Virus record (IMG/VR): IMGVR_UViG_3300031555_002371
Location: 92,002 to 156,001 of that record
Origin: a virus
Taxonomy: Duplodnaviria; Caudoviricetes
Length of the DNA: 64,000 bases
Reading direction: 5' to 3' (one strand)
Shown here piece after piece: positions 50,739 through 60,810 of this stretch (within the stretch, counting starts at the first letter, position 1; each line of letters opens with the position of its first letter). A program made the translations under genes and the position numbers. The notes beneath the pieces were generated by a model, which was given only the letters and a program-made list of their open reading frames with translations, ran no database searches and was not told where the DNA came from.

Positions 50739-50910
50739 TCCCCCAATGAGTACATCCGATATTAGTTCGGATATGGCATAGGAATGAAACCACGTGTTTG
50801 GGAGCGTGTCATTCGGTTGAAAAGCGGATATGAAAGATAGTGCAGAATAAAGGCTTCCGTTACAGATTTTACAAGTATAGTTTTCCGATAACGTATAGCG
50901 GAAAACATCT

Positions 50911-50987
50911 GGGCTAATGGCGCAATTGGTGAGCGCATCCGGCTCATAACCGGACGGTTCAAGGTTCGATTCCTTGTTAGCCCACCA
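50911..50987 (+). tRNA. tRNA with CAT anticodon (Ile2 or Met)
   Basis: TCCGG-CT-CAT-AA-CCGGA; CCA. Confidence 0.9.
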
Positions 50988-50990
50988 CAT

Positions 50991-51083
50991 GGAGGATTAA
51001 CCCTAACTGGCAAGGGAGCGGTTTGCTAAACCGTTAGTAACCGAGCAATCGGCGTGTAGGTTCGAGTCCTATATCCTCCGCCA
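50991..51083 (+). tRNA. tRNA-Ser(GCT)
   Basis: cloverleaf with long variable arm, G73, CCA. Confidence 0.9.
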
Positions 51084-51084
51084 T

Positions 51085-51200
51085 GCTGATGTAGATTCAA
51101 GTAGCAAGAAAGAGCTGACCATACAGTAATCCCTTGCGGAAGGTAAATCATGCTCAATAAGGTGAGTAAGTTGTGGGTTCGACTCCTACCATCAGCACCA
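51085..51200 (+). ncRNA. 116-nt tRNA-like RNA with intact acceptor and T arms but a non-tRNA middle
   Basis: GCTGATG/CATCAGC-ACCA, GTGGG-TTCGACT-CCTAC; three extra hairpins. Confidence 0.6.
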
Positions 51201-51203
51201 TAT

Positions 51204-51291
51204 GGAGAGTTAGCATAATTGGTAATGCAGCAGACTTGAAATCTGCCGTTGCCGAAAGGCATTCAGGGTTCGAGTCCCTGGCTCTCCGCCA
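51204..51291 (+). tRNA. tRNA-Ser(TGA)
   Basis: CAGA-CT-TGA-AA-TCTG; long variable arm; CCA. Confidence 0.9.
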
Positions 51292-51300
51292 ATAAAATGA

Positions 51301-51770
51301 ACACCGTAGCTGCGAATATAGGCGGGGTTACAACCAATTCCCAAAATCCTCGTTAGGGCAAAGACGTGAGAACTGCTCCTATGGCTGAAGGTTCTTTACG
51401 GTGTCCGATGTTAATAAGGAGTGATCAACCTGTTGCGGTGAAATGATATATCCGTCAACCGAACCAATTCGTATTTGGGTATTAACACGGCGTTATAGTC
51501 CTACCAACACGTTAGATTGAGGGAAGCATAGATGAGGACTTATTTACTACGAGAGTGCAGTTACTAAATTATAGTGAACTATCGGAATTTGCAATTGGTA
51601 ATATGCTGCCGATAACGAACTGCAAGAGTGAATGCAGATGAAGATAGTTTGCGGCAATCTAACACTAATCAATGGTTGAAGTTTGAGGCGCATATAGGAT
51701 GTGGTGTGGCTATGCAAACCAACCAACGGTGTTTCGGCATAGAGTAGAATTTCTTCTATTGATTAGTGTG
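51301..51770 (+). ncRNA. putative large structured ncRNA within the tRNA cluster
   Basis: no plus-strand ORF; at least seven long-range complementary pairs. Confidence 0.55.
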
Positions 51771-51787
51771 AACATTGTTCCGAATAT

Positions 51788-51862
51788 CTGGATGTAAGTC
51801 AATGGTAGACGGCGTGATTTGGGGTCACGAGGTTGCGAGTTCGAATCTCGCCATTCAGACCA
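51788..51862 (+). tRNA. tRNA-Pro(TGG)
   Basis: CGTGA-TT-TGG-GG-TCACG; CCA. Confidence 0.9.
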
Positions 51863-51941
51863 AAGTTGAATTGATATTAGTAACCATAGGAACAATGGAG
51901 AAAAGGGAATAGAACCTTCCAATCTATTCCAACTTACAAAC

Positions 51942-52018
51942 GCAGGTATGATGTTCAACGGTTAGCATTTCAGTCCTCCAAACTGACTGTGGCGGTTCGA
52001 ATCCGCTTACCTGCTCCA
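51942..52018 (+). tRNA. tRNA-Gly(TCC) with atypical C33
   Basis: TCAGT-CC-TCC-AA-ACTGA; U73 discriminator; CCA. Confidence 0.8.
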
Positions 52019-52098
52019 ATGACCTTTATGGCAACCTAATTTTTAAATAGGCTATGAGTCCATGAATTAAATAAGCTCTCCTGGTCAGAGAGCAATAC

Positions 52099-52185
52099 GC
52101 TGGTGTGTCGGAATCGGCAGACGAGGCAGACTCAAAATCTGTTGCCTTCACGGGCGTATGGGTTCAAGTCCCATCACCAGCACCA
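52099..52185 (+). tRNA. tRNA-Leu(CAA)
   Basis: CAGA-CT-CAA-AA-TCTG; long variable arm; CCA. Confidence 0.9.
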
Positions 52186-52222
52186 CATATCAATTGATAT
52201 AACAAACAAAGGAGATTTCAAA

Positions 52223-52864
52223 ATGGATTTTAAGAATATCAAGAGTGTAAGAATGACGGCTGATGGAAATATCATTATTTCTACACATAAGCAGAGAGTA
52301 GCACCCAAGGAAACCGACAACATTGTTAAAGTAGCAGAAAACGGATATGTAACGGCTACAAAGTTTATCAGGGGACTTGCGTATGGTTCAGCGACATTGT
52401 TCCCGGAAATCACAGATGTTTCCGCGCTTAATAATAGTGTTGTGATTGTGACCTTTAGGGATGGTTCAAAGGAAAAAGCTACTATTAGCGGAGATGATAC
52501 GTTTTCTATTGAGCAGGGTGTGTCAATCTGTCTTACAAAGAAGCTCATTTCCACATTCACGGGTTGTAACGGTAGTTCCGTTTATAACAAGTTGGTAGAG
52601 CTTGGTATGGCGGTATACAACAACAAACTGAAGGCGATTGAAGCTCAAAAGACTGCGGATGCGGAAAAAGCTGAGAGAGCCGCAAAGCGATATGAAAAAG
52701 CAAATCGAAGAAAAGAAAAGAGAGCGGCGGCTTTAAGAGCTGCGCAGGAAGCCGAAAGAGAAGCGCAGATTGAGATTCAGAAGGAAGCATATTTGCGAGC
52801 AATGAGGGAATATCAAAATAATCCTGCAGACCTTGATTCACATGATTCTTACAGGAAGTATTGA
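52223..52864 (+). CDS. hypothetical protein with C-terminal coiled coil
   Basis: GGAG RBS, ATG 52223. Confidence 0.7.
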   Translation: MDFKNIKSVRMTADGNIIISTHKQRVAPKETDNIVKVAENGYVTATKFIRGLAYGSATLFPEITDVSALNNSVVIVTFRDGSKEKATISGDDTFSIEQGVSICLTKKLISTFTGCNGSSVYNKLVELGMAVYNNKLKAIEAQKTADAEKAERAAKRYEKANRRKEKRAAALRAAQEAEREAQIEIQKEAYLRAMREYQNNPADLDSHDSYRKY

Positions 52865-52910
52865 TATGCTTCCTGTTTTTTAATAATAAAATATACCAAA
52901 GGAGAAAAAA

Positions 52911-53585
52911 ATGGAAACAAAAGAAAGATTATATAATTGTTTTAGTAAATGTCTATCAGCAAAGTATCTTCACGTTGAGAATGATGGTTCTTATTGTTTA
53001 ATAAAAAACGATAATACATTGATAATTTATTTTGAGAAAAGTAATGGAAATATGGACTGGAAAAGCAATTTTAACTTCCCAGCAAAACCATATAGAAAAA
53101 TGCAAAACAAATGGTATTGCCATCGCGGATTTCTCAAAGTATGGAAATCAATTGAACCATATGTTGCAGATGATATTAATGATTCAAATATAAGCAAAAT
53201 TGAAATTGTAGGATATTCTCATGGCGGTGCAATTGCACAATTGTGTTTTGAGTATGTAAAATTCAACAGACCCGACGTGGAAGTTTCTGGTGTTGGATTT
53301 GGTGCGCCTCGTGTATTGTGGGGTTTTACAAATAAAAAAGTCAAAGAAAGATTCGACGGTTTTGTTGTTGTGCGAAATGGAAAGGATATTGTGACCCATC
53401 TGCCCCCTGTAATCTTTGGATTTAATCATAAAGCGTCTGTTTTGAAAGTTGGCGAAAAGTGGGGTATGAGCAACTTTATTTCTTGCGTAAAAGAGAAGGG
53501 TATTAAAAAGGCAATACTTGATTGCGACTGGTTTGGTGGTGTAAAAGATCATTACCAAGCAAGATATTATAATGCGTTGAAATGA
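52911..53585 (+). CDS. lipase class 3 family alpha/beta hydrolase
   Basis: HRGF, GYSHGG, FGAPRV, DIVTHLP. Confidence 0.85.
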   Translation: METKERLYNCFSKCLSAKYLHVENDGSYCLIKNDNTLIIYFEKSNGNMDWKSNFNFPAKPYRKMQNKWYCHRGFLKVWKSIEPYVADDINDSNISKIEIVGYSHGGAIAQLCFEYVKFNRPDVEVSGVGFGAPRVLWGFTNKKVKERFDGFVVVRNGKDIVTHLPPVIFGFNHKASVLKVGEKWGMSNFISCVKEKGIKKAILDCDWFGGVKDHYQARYYNALK

Positions 53586-53606
53586 TTAGTGTGGAGCTTA
53601 TTAAAT

Positions 53607-54368
53607 ATGGTTTACATAACAGGAGACACCCATTCTATATTTAACCGTTTTTCCACAAGAACATTTCCAGAGCAGAAGGATATGACAAGAGATGATTTTG
53701 TTATTATTTGTGGAGATTTCGGCGGCGTTTGGTGTGATACTTTTGAAGAACGGTATTGGCTGGACTGGTTAAATCAGAAACCATTTACAATTCTTTTTGT
53801 CGATGGAAATCATGAGAACTTTGATAGATTGTACGGAGATGAATTTGATGTTGTAAACTTTCATGGAGGAAAAGCACATAAAATCAGAGATAATATTTAC
53901 CATCTCATGCGCGGGCATATCTTTGATTTGTGTGGAAAGAAATTTTTCGCATTTGGCGGGGCGAGCAGCCAAGATATACGCGACGGCATTTTAGATGAAA
54001 AAGACTACCCGACAAGAAAAGACTTGATTAAGGATTATAACAAACGAGCCAAAGCTGGTCAAATGGTAAGGGTCAATCATCTTTCATGGTGGAAAGAGGA
54101 ATTGCCAAGCATTGAAGAAATGACTCTTGGTGTAAAAGAATTAAATAAACATGATAATGCGGTGGACTATGTTATATCTCATAGCCTACCACAAGAGATT
54201 TGTTCTTTGTGTGGTTATCATAATCCAGATACAATTACGCTGTATTTTAATCAACTATTACGAGATGGATTAGTGTTTACGGAATGGCACTGTGGGCATT
54301 ACCATAAAGAACAGAGGATAATGGGAAAATTTTATATCCATTATAAAGACATAAATAGAATCGTGTAG
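53607..54368 (+). CDS. metallophosphoesterase (calcineurin-like)
   Basis: GDTH, GDFG, DGNHE, GHYH. Confidence 0.9.
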   Translation: MVYITGDTHSIFNRFSTRTFPEQKDMTRDDFVIICGDFGGVWCDTFEERYWLDWLNQKPFTILFVDGNHENFDRLYGDEFDVVNFHGGKAHKIRDNIYHLMRGHIFDLCGKKFFAFGGASSQDIRDGILDEKDYPTRKDLIKDYNKRAKAGQMVRVNHLSWWKEELPSIEEMTLGVKELNKHDNAVDYVISHSLPQEICSLCGYHNPDTITLYFNQLLRDGLVFTEWHCGHYHKEQRIMGKFYIHYKDINRIV

Positions 54369-54384
54369 TAGTGTGCCATATCAA

Positions 54385-54603
54385 TCAGATGTTATCCATG
54401 ATAACATCGATGAGATGAATGGGGTCTAATTCTTCGGCTGTGCATTTTCGACAAATATCTTTTACAACATCTTCGTTTAATGAAATATCGGAAATAGATG
54501 ATAAAACATCATTGTTGTCATTGACAACTTTAATACCAAAAGATATATAACAACCGAGGTTGTCAGAGTGAATCTTTTCTTTGAATGCGAGATACCGAAT
54601 CAA
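54385..54603 (-). CDS. small hypothetical protein (DUF6514-like)
   Basis: SFGIKV...ISDIS...LDPIHLIDVI; overlaps the end of the HTH gene. Confidence 0.55.
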   Translation of the reverse strand: MIRYLAFKEKIHSDNLGCYISFGIKVVNDNNDVLSSISDISLNEDVVKDICRKCTAEELDPIHLIDVIMDNI

Positions 54604-54817
54604 TCAAGCCAACCTCCTCTCTAAATTCTTCGACGTTAATGTTTAGAAACAAGATGAGGCGTAGTAAAACTATAGAACCCGGCAGCCTTTCTCCTTTTTC
54701 AATACGCTGATACCACCTGGTTGTTACAGAAACGGCATCTGCAACTTGTTTTTGAGTGTATCCCATGTCAATTCTTGCGTGTAAAACCTTACTCGAAAAT
54801 GTCGAATAGAATTGCAT
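54563..54817 (-). CDS. XRE-family HTH regulator
   Basis: ARIDMGYTQKQVADAVSVTTRWYQRIEKGERLP. Confidence 0.85.
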   Translation of the reverse strand: MQFYSTFSSKVLHARIDMGYTQKQVADAVSVTTRWYQRIEKGERLPGSIVLLRLILFLNINVEEFREEVGLIDSVSRIQRKDSL

Positions 54818-55055
54818 TTATAACACCTCCTTTTCAAAGACGTATTATACCAATTCTTTTACACAATGCAAACGGTCTGGTTGTTCCTATTGTTGAAATT
54901 GACGGAAAATTTTCTTCGATGTAAAAAAGAGGAGGTTTATGAAATATATTGTTGGGGGTTGTGGTTTGTAATGTGTTTTATATACATCTTGGTACAAAGA
55001 GGAATAACAAAGTTTATAGATATTTTTAGAAAAAAGTGATAAAAAGGAGTTATTT

Positions 55056-55547
55056 ATGTTAATTATTTTTATGTTTATTGCTATCTGTCTAATTATCGGG
55101 GGAGCGTTAATGGTTTGTAGTGCATATAAGAATGGTAAATATAATGTCAGAGAATCATTGGAATCCGGTGGTATTGCAGAAATCGTTTGTGGCGGTTTTA
55201 TCGCTTTTGTAGTCATTATTGCGTCGTGTGTACTAATTCATAACTTGCTTGAAACCTCAGTTGTTAATCAGAAAATTGAGATGTATCAGCAAGAAAATGC
55301 CATTATCGAAGGACAAATTGAAACGGTTATAAAACAGTATCAAGAGTATGAGTCCGGCATTATTACAGAGGTTGGAAATAAAGAGAGTTATATTACCCTT
55401 GTTTCCCTCTATCCTGATTTAAAAGCGGACGAGCTTGTAAATAGGCAAATCGAAGTTTATTTGAACAATAACAAAACCATTGTAGGATTAAAGAATCAAT
55501 TACTCAACGAAAAGATTTATCGTTGGTGGTTATATTTTGGAGGTTAA
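55056..55547 (+). CDS. membrane protein
   Basis: two hydrophobic segments; ends RWWLYFGG. Confidence 0.65.
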   Translation: MLIIFMFIAICLIIGGALMVCSAYKNGKYNVRESLESGGIAEIVCGGFIAFVVIIASCVLIHNLLETSVVNQKIEMYQQENAIIEGQIETVIKQYQEYESGIITEVGNKESYITLVSLYPDLKADELVNRQIEVYLNNNKTIVGLKNQLLNEKIYRWWLYFGG

Positions 55548-56301
55548 AATGTTGACATATATCGCAGTTGTACTTACGTTAATTCTGATTACACAAGTTG
55601 TCCGTGTAACACAGAATGGCATTAGTCTTTATAGACAGAATAAGGCTATTGATAAAGAGTTGAACCGCATTGGTACAGTCACAGATGAAGATTTGGAAAC
55701 CCAAAAGAAAGCATATAGATTCATCGTGAGTTTCTTCGAGAATACCAAGGTAGATAAAAAAGATGAAAACAAAGTGTCCCTTTTGTAATTGGCTTGCCAA
55801 AATCATTGATGACGAAAAATGGTATCGAGAGAATCGTCCAAGAAGACATCAAGAAGCATATAAGCATAAATATACTGTCGCTCTTGTAAGCGAAAGTTAT
55901 TATGAGGGTAATTATACCGGCGAAGCAAGTTATCATGGGTATGAATTGAACTTCTGCCCCGTATGCGGAAAGGCAATAGAAAAAGAAACAAATGGAACTT
56001 AAAGACTGTACAAAAGAAGAACTTATTTCTATTATAAAAAGATTATCATTCTCTGACACTGGTTGGTTAAAATCAATTTTGAGCGATATTGAGTATGAAC
56101 GTATGAGAAAGAAGATTCAAGAGGCGGAAAATTGGGGCAAGGTCGCTGGTGCTGCAAGAGATAGATATATTGAAATAGTGAAAGAATATCAAGAGGGCGG
56201 CAATTATTCTGCCAGACTTCTCAAAGAAGCGCAACAGTGTTTAAAGGATGCAGAAATGGCAGAAAGAAAAGAAGCAAAGTTGATGAAGGAGATAAATTCA
56301 T

Positions 56302-56697
56302 ATGTTAAATGATACAATGGAAATTTATACTACATACTTTGCAAATGTTCGTAATCTACCGAATGATATAACACCTATCTCTATTTGCGGAAAAGCTCCG
56401 GCTGGATGGAAAGGTCTACAATATAAAGTGTTAGCACCCAAATACTCATTTTTCTCTGTATGGAAGCAAACACATGATAATGATTATTATATTAAACATT
56501 ATCAAGATGAAGTCTTAAAAGATTTGAATGTGGTAGATGTTATTGATAAACTAATATCTTTAATTCCAGATGGAAAACCACGAAAAGTAGCCATTATTTG
56601 TTATGAAAAACCGAGCGACTTTTGCCATCGTCATTTGGTCGCAGATTGGTTCTCGCAAAATGGAATTGAAGCAAAAGAGTATGAGGTAAGCAAATGA
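56302..56697 (+). CDS. DUF488-like protein
   Basis: IYTTYF, LAP, ICYEKPSDFCHRHLVA. Confidence 0.75.
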   Translation: MLNDTMEIYTTYFANVRNLPNDITPISICGKAPAGWKGLQYKVLAPKYSFFSVWKQTHDNDYYIKHYQDEVLKDLNVVDVIDKLISLIPDGKPRKVAIICYEKPSDFCHRHLVADWFSQNGIEAKEYEVSK

Positions 56698-56924
56698 AAG
56701 TTGTAGGAAATGCGAATATGGTTGTAAATGCGAATAATACTTGCATTATTTGTGATAAATACGTACAAATCAATGGAGAGGTATTGCCGCCAGCACCAGG
56801 CAAAGGTAGCAATGTTACAACAATAAATGATAAAGTGTATATCAATGGCTATGAGTATAAACGAGGTAAATGGCGCAGAACTTTAAAAGCATTATGGCAC
56901 TTGGTATTTTGAAAGGATGTAAAT

Positions 56925-57497
56925 ATGGGAAAGATTTTTTATACTTCCGATTTGCATATTAGCCATGCAAATGTAATTAGATTTGATAATAGACCCTATG
57001 AGTCCGTTGCAGAAATGGATGAAGCTCTTATTAAAAATTGGAATGAAACGGTTTCCGATAAAGATACCGTGTACATCTTGGGGGATTTTTGCTGGCTTAC
57101 TGATACAGATTGGGAGAAAAACCTTGCTAAACTCAAGGGTACTAAAATCCTTATTAACGGCAATCATGACATTAAAAATATGTCAAGAAGTGTACGCAAG
57201 CATTTCCAAGATGTTAAGGATTATAAGGAAATCTCTGATAATGGTCGTAGAGTGATTTTGTGTCACTATCCGATGCCTTTTTATAAGAAAGATTATGATG
57301 TAAATACGTATATGCTTTATGGTCATCTACATAAAACCATTGAAGAAGATTTCATGCAAGAGTTTAAGCGTATTATTAAAGCAAAAGATAACCGAGGAAG
57401 CTCGGCAAATAAGTGTAATTTCTATAATTGCTGGTGTGGTTTTTATAACTATAAACCGGTAACGCTTGATGAAATTATCGCAAGGTGGGCAGAGTGA
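56925..57497 (+). CDS. metallophosphoesterase
   Basis: SDLH, LGD, GNHD, HYP, GHLH. Confidence 0.9.
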   Translation: MGKIFYTSDLHISHANVIRFDNRPYESVAEMDEALIKNWNETVSDKDTVYILGDFCWLTDTDWEKNLAKLKGTKILINGNHDIKNMSRSVRKHFQDVKDYKEISDNGRRVILCHYPMPFYKKDYDVNTYMLYGHLHKTIEEDFMQEFKRIIKAKDNRGSSANKCNFYNCWCGFYNYKPVTLDEIIARWAE

Positions 57498-57705
57498 TGG
57501 GTGAAATATATTGCCCAACCTGCCAATGCGGCGAAAAGATGAAGCCAATCTGGTTCTGGGAAGATGAATACAAGACAGCATACGACACAATGTATAAAAC
57601 AGGAAGAAAGAGAAGAAATGTTTCTCATTTCGAGTGTGATAACTGTGGTAAAAAAGAGGTTTGTGATGATTCTTTTGCCGGACAATGGATGTAAGGAGAT
57701 AGGAA

Positions 57706-58419
57706 ATGGGATTTGAAAAACCAACAACAAAATATATTGATGTGAAGCTGCAAAAAGATTTACATGATAATGAAGATATCTGTCCAACGTGCGGCGGTCT
57801 TGGATTGATGATTGCTAATAATCCATATGGACTATCCGATGACCCGGACAAATCGTTTTCAAATCTTTTTCCGTACAAACATCAATCGCTAACCTTTTGT
57901 AAAGATTGCTTCAATGGCGTTGTAAAGCGTTGTAAACTATGTGGAGGTATCATACCAAAAGGAAGAACAAAATGCAATTGTGAAAAACAAGCAGCATTAG
58001 ATAAAATTGTAGAGCAGAAGAAAAAGAAAGAAGAATTTGACAATGCTCCCATTGCACCAAAAGAAGTTGAAGAAAGTTGCAAATGTTTCTTCTCAGAATC
58101 ACACCCGATAAACGATGGTTATTTCTTTGAATGGGAAGATTTCTTTGAGGCTTGGCATGGATACTGTTCTGATGTCCCGGAGGAAGATAGACCGGAATAT
58201 GTTTGGGTTACTGAAGTTGTAAACATGAGTATAGATGCTGCTGATATTATTGAAAATGCGACAGAAGATTTGTACGAAGATGCCACAGATAACATTCCGA
58301 GAAAAAAAGTTAAAGAGCTGCAAGATTTCCTTGATGAATGGTGTAAAACTTGTGGAGTTTGCGAAACCTATTATGAAAGCCATAGGTACAAGGTAAGAAT
58401 TCCTTGGGAGCAGTATTGA
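57706..58419 (+). CDS. Cys-rich hypothetical protein
   Basis: CPTCGG, CKDCFNG, CKLC motifs. Confidence 0.6.
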   Translation: MGFEKPTTKYIDVKLQKDLHDNEDICPTCGGLGLMIANNPYGLSDDPDKSFSNLFPYKHQSLTFCKDCFNGVVKRCKLCGGIIPKGRTKCNCEKQAALDKIVEQKKKKEEFDNAPIAPKEVEESCKCFFSESHPINDGYFFEWEDFFEAWHGYCSDVPEEDRPEYVWVTEVVNMSIDAADIIENATEDLYEDATDNIPRKKVKELQDFLDEWCKTCGVCETYYESHRYKVRIPWEQY

Positions 58420-58719
58420 TGAGCAATCGTATTATTTATTCCAAAGATAGCGAGGTCTGCATAGCTTGCGAACATTATGATAATTGCGATAATAAGCGGA
58501 TGGAGATGTGTGCCGCAGCATATCTCCAACCACCCGCAATGCCAACTATAATGCCCATCGGGACTGATATCACAGTTAAGCATGATTATAGAGATGTAAA
58601 AATAGCAGAGAATACAACTATAACCATTGACCTTGAGGAAGTTAAAAGAGATACATTGAAAAAACTTCAACAAGAAATCTACAATAGTTTTGGTTGTTCG
58701 TTTTTAAGAGAGGGATAGA

Positions 58720-59928
58720 ATGAACGAAATGAAAAAACTCGTTGATGAGCTGAACTATTATAGGAATGCTTATTACAACGAAAATCAAAGTATAATTAGC
58801 GACAAAGAGTACGACCTATTGTTTGATAAGTTAGTAGAGATGGAGCGAAAAACCGGTATTGTTTATGCGAACTCTCCAACACAAACAGTAGGTTGTACCG
58901 CTATAAGTCAGTTGAAAAAAGTAACACATAACCATCCTTTGCAATCGTTAGATAAAACCACAGAAATTCAAGAGTTCTATGATTATTTCAAAGGAATGCC
59001 CATGTTACTCATGGCGAAAATGGACGGGCTTACTTGCTCTTTACTTTATAGAGATGGTAAGTTGGTGAGAGCTGAGAGTCGTGGAGACGGTGAAACTGGT
59101 GAAGATATAACACATAACGCAAAGGTCTTTGTAAATCTTCCCACAGAGATTCCTTTTAAGGGAGAAATGATTATCGACGGCGAATGTATTATCACTCGTC
59201 ATGACTTTGAAAGAATCAATAAACCTCTGATTGAAAAAGCAGAGCAGGAAGCAACCGCACTCGGCTTAACCGATAAGGCGTTTAAAGAATATGTAAGAAA
59301 ACATTCATATGCTAACCCGCGCAACCTTGTTAGCGGTTCAGTTAGACAGTTGGATAGTGCGATTGTCGCAAATAGGAATATCCGTTTTATCGGATGGAAG
59401 TTATATAGCATGAAGAATCCTGGCGGTACGTCGTGTGGTGTTAAGGAACATACCGATGGTCTCATTTGTCTTAAAGAGTTTGGATTTGAAGTAGTGCCAA
59501 ATATAACGATGATTGATAATGCTGTTTCTGATTATGCCGAAGCCATTGAGTCAATTAAGAACGATTGCGAAAAGCTCAACTACCCGATTGATGGTATGGT
59601 TGGTATCTTCGATGATATTGAATATGGCGCAAATCTTGGAAGAACGGGTCATCATCCAAGACATTCTCTCGCGTTTAAATTCTATCAAGATGATAACGAA
59701 ACAGTATTACTTGATATCGAATGGTCAACAAGCAGAACGGGGCTTATCAATCCCGTTGCTATTTTTGAGCCGGTTGAAATTGATGGGACAACGGTTTCAA
59801 GAGCGTCATTACATAACATTTCTATTATAGAAAATATATTAGGTAAAACACCATATGTTGGTCAAAAAATATGGGTGAAGAAAGCAAATGCGATTATTCC
59901 ACAAATAACAAGGAGTGAAAAATCGTGA
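58720..59928 (+). CDS. ligA: NAD-dependent DNA ligase, N-terminal part (adenylation + OB domains)
   Basis: YY...ISDKEYD, KMDG, RGDG, ANPRN, DGMV, AFKF, SRTG, RASLHN. Confidence 0.9.
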   Translation: MNEMKKLVDELNYYRNAYYNENQSIISDKEYDLLFDKLVEMERKTGIVYANSPTQTVGCTAISQLKKVTHNHPLQSLDKTTEIQEFYDYFKGMPMLLMAKMDGLTCSLLYRDGKLVRAESRGDGETGEDITHNAKVFVNLPTEIPFKGEMIIDGECIITRHDFERINKPLIEKAEQEATALGLTDKAFKEYVRKHSYANPRNLVSGSVRQLDSAIVANRNIRFIGWKLYSMKNPGGTSCGVKEHTDGLICLKEFGFEVVPNITMIDNAVSDYAEAIESIKNDCEKLNYPIDGMVGIFDDIEYGANLGRTGHHPRHSLAFKFYQDDNETVLLDIEWSTSRTGLINPVAIFEPVEIDGTTVSRASLHNISIIENILGKTPYVGQKIWVKKANAIIPQITRSEKS

Positions 59929-59935
59929 GAGAGGT

Positions 59936-60805
59936 ATGCAGATGGAAATTAAATTATTAAAAATTCCAACGGAGTGTCCTTGTTGTGGTTTCCCAACGGA
60001 AATAAAAGAGAATAAAGGTGTAAAAACACTTTACTGCATAAACTCTCGATGTCCTGCGGTTATTTATGACAAAATTTCAAATTTTGCATCCAGAGAAGGA
60101 ATGAATATTGTCGGTATTTCAGATGAACGACTTCGTATATTGATGGAGCATAAATACATTACCGACTTTGCAAGTTTGTATAGAATACATCAATTCAAAG
60201 ATGAGATTGCAAAAATTGATGGTTTCGGTAAAATTAGCGTTGAGAATTTAATTGCAGCAATAGAGACAAGTAGAGAATGTAAGTTTGCCAATCTTTTAGT
60301 TGCACTCGGTATTCCTGGCATTGGCAAATCAACCGCCAAGACGTTGGCAAAGTATTGTATTTACGATAATGTTATCGTTCCAAACAAAAACAATCTGCTT
60401 GAAAAATTTCTCGGTTTTGTAGATATGAATTTCGATTGGTCGCTTATTTCTGGGTTTGGCGAAGCAACCAGTAATGGTATTAACGAATATGTTATTGAAA
60501 ATCGAGATGAAATCGAGGCTCTTATTCCTATCGTAAAGATTATAGACGATGAGCCACAGCAGTCTACCAATAAGCTCGGTGGTAAAACATTCTGTATTAC
60601 AGGCAAACTTATTCATTATGAAAACAGAGATGCATTAGTTGCAGATATAGAGAAATTTGGCGGTAAGATTGTGTCTAATGTAACCGCAAAAACAAATTAT
60701 CTAATTACCAATGACACAGAGAGCGGTTCTGGCAAAAACCAAAAAGCAAGACAACTTGGAACACAGATTATTACTGAACAAGACTTTATAAAAATGTGTG
60801 GGTGA
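59936..60805 (+). CDS. ligA: NAD-dependent DNA ligase, C-terminal part (Zn finger, HhH, BRCT)
   Basis: PTECPCCG...C.N..CPA, GFGKIS, ALGIPGIG, FCITG...K..KA..LG. Confidence 0.85.
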   Translation: MQMEIKLLKIPTECPCCGFPTEIKENKGVKTLYCINSRCPAVIYDKISNFASREGMNIVGISDERLRILMEHKYITDFASLYRIHQFKDEIAKIDGFGKISVENLIAAIETSRECKFANLLVALGIPGIGKSTAKTLAKYCIYDNVIVPNKNNLLEKFLGFVDMNFDWSLISGFGEATSNGINEYVIENRDEIEALIPIVKIIDDEPQQSTNKLGGKTFCITGKLIHYENRDALVADIEKFGGKIVSNVTAKTNYLITNDTESGSGKNQKARQLGTQIITEQDFIKMCG

Positions 60806-60810
60806 TGGCA

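Noticed and set aside
51942-52018. tRNA-Trp(CCA) call
   Set aside because: Centring the 7-nt loop gives TCC, and the U73 discriminator and acceptor stem fit Gly
52019-52095. Pistol or HDV-like ribozyme after tRNA-Gly
   Set aside because: Hairpins, a TTAAATA segment and a possible TGACC/GGTCA pairing are present, but I could not fit the full catalytic core of either class
50549-52222. ORFs across the tRNA cluster and the 5' extension of ORF 52103
   Set aside because: They overlap tRNA and intron sequences; the real start is 52223 with a GGAG RBS
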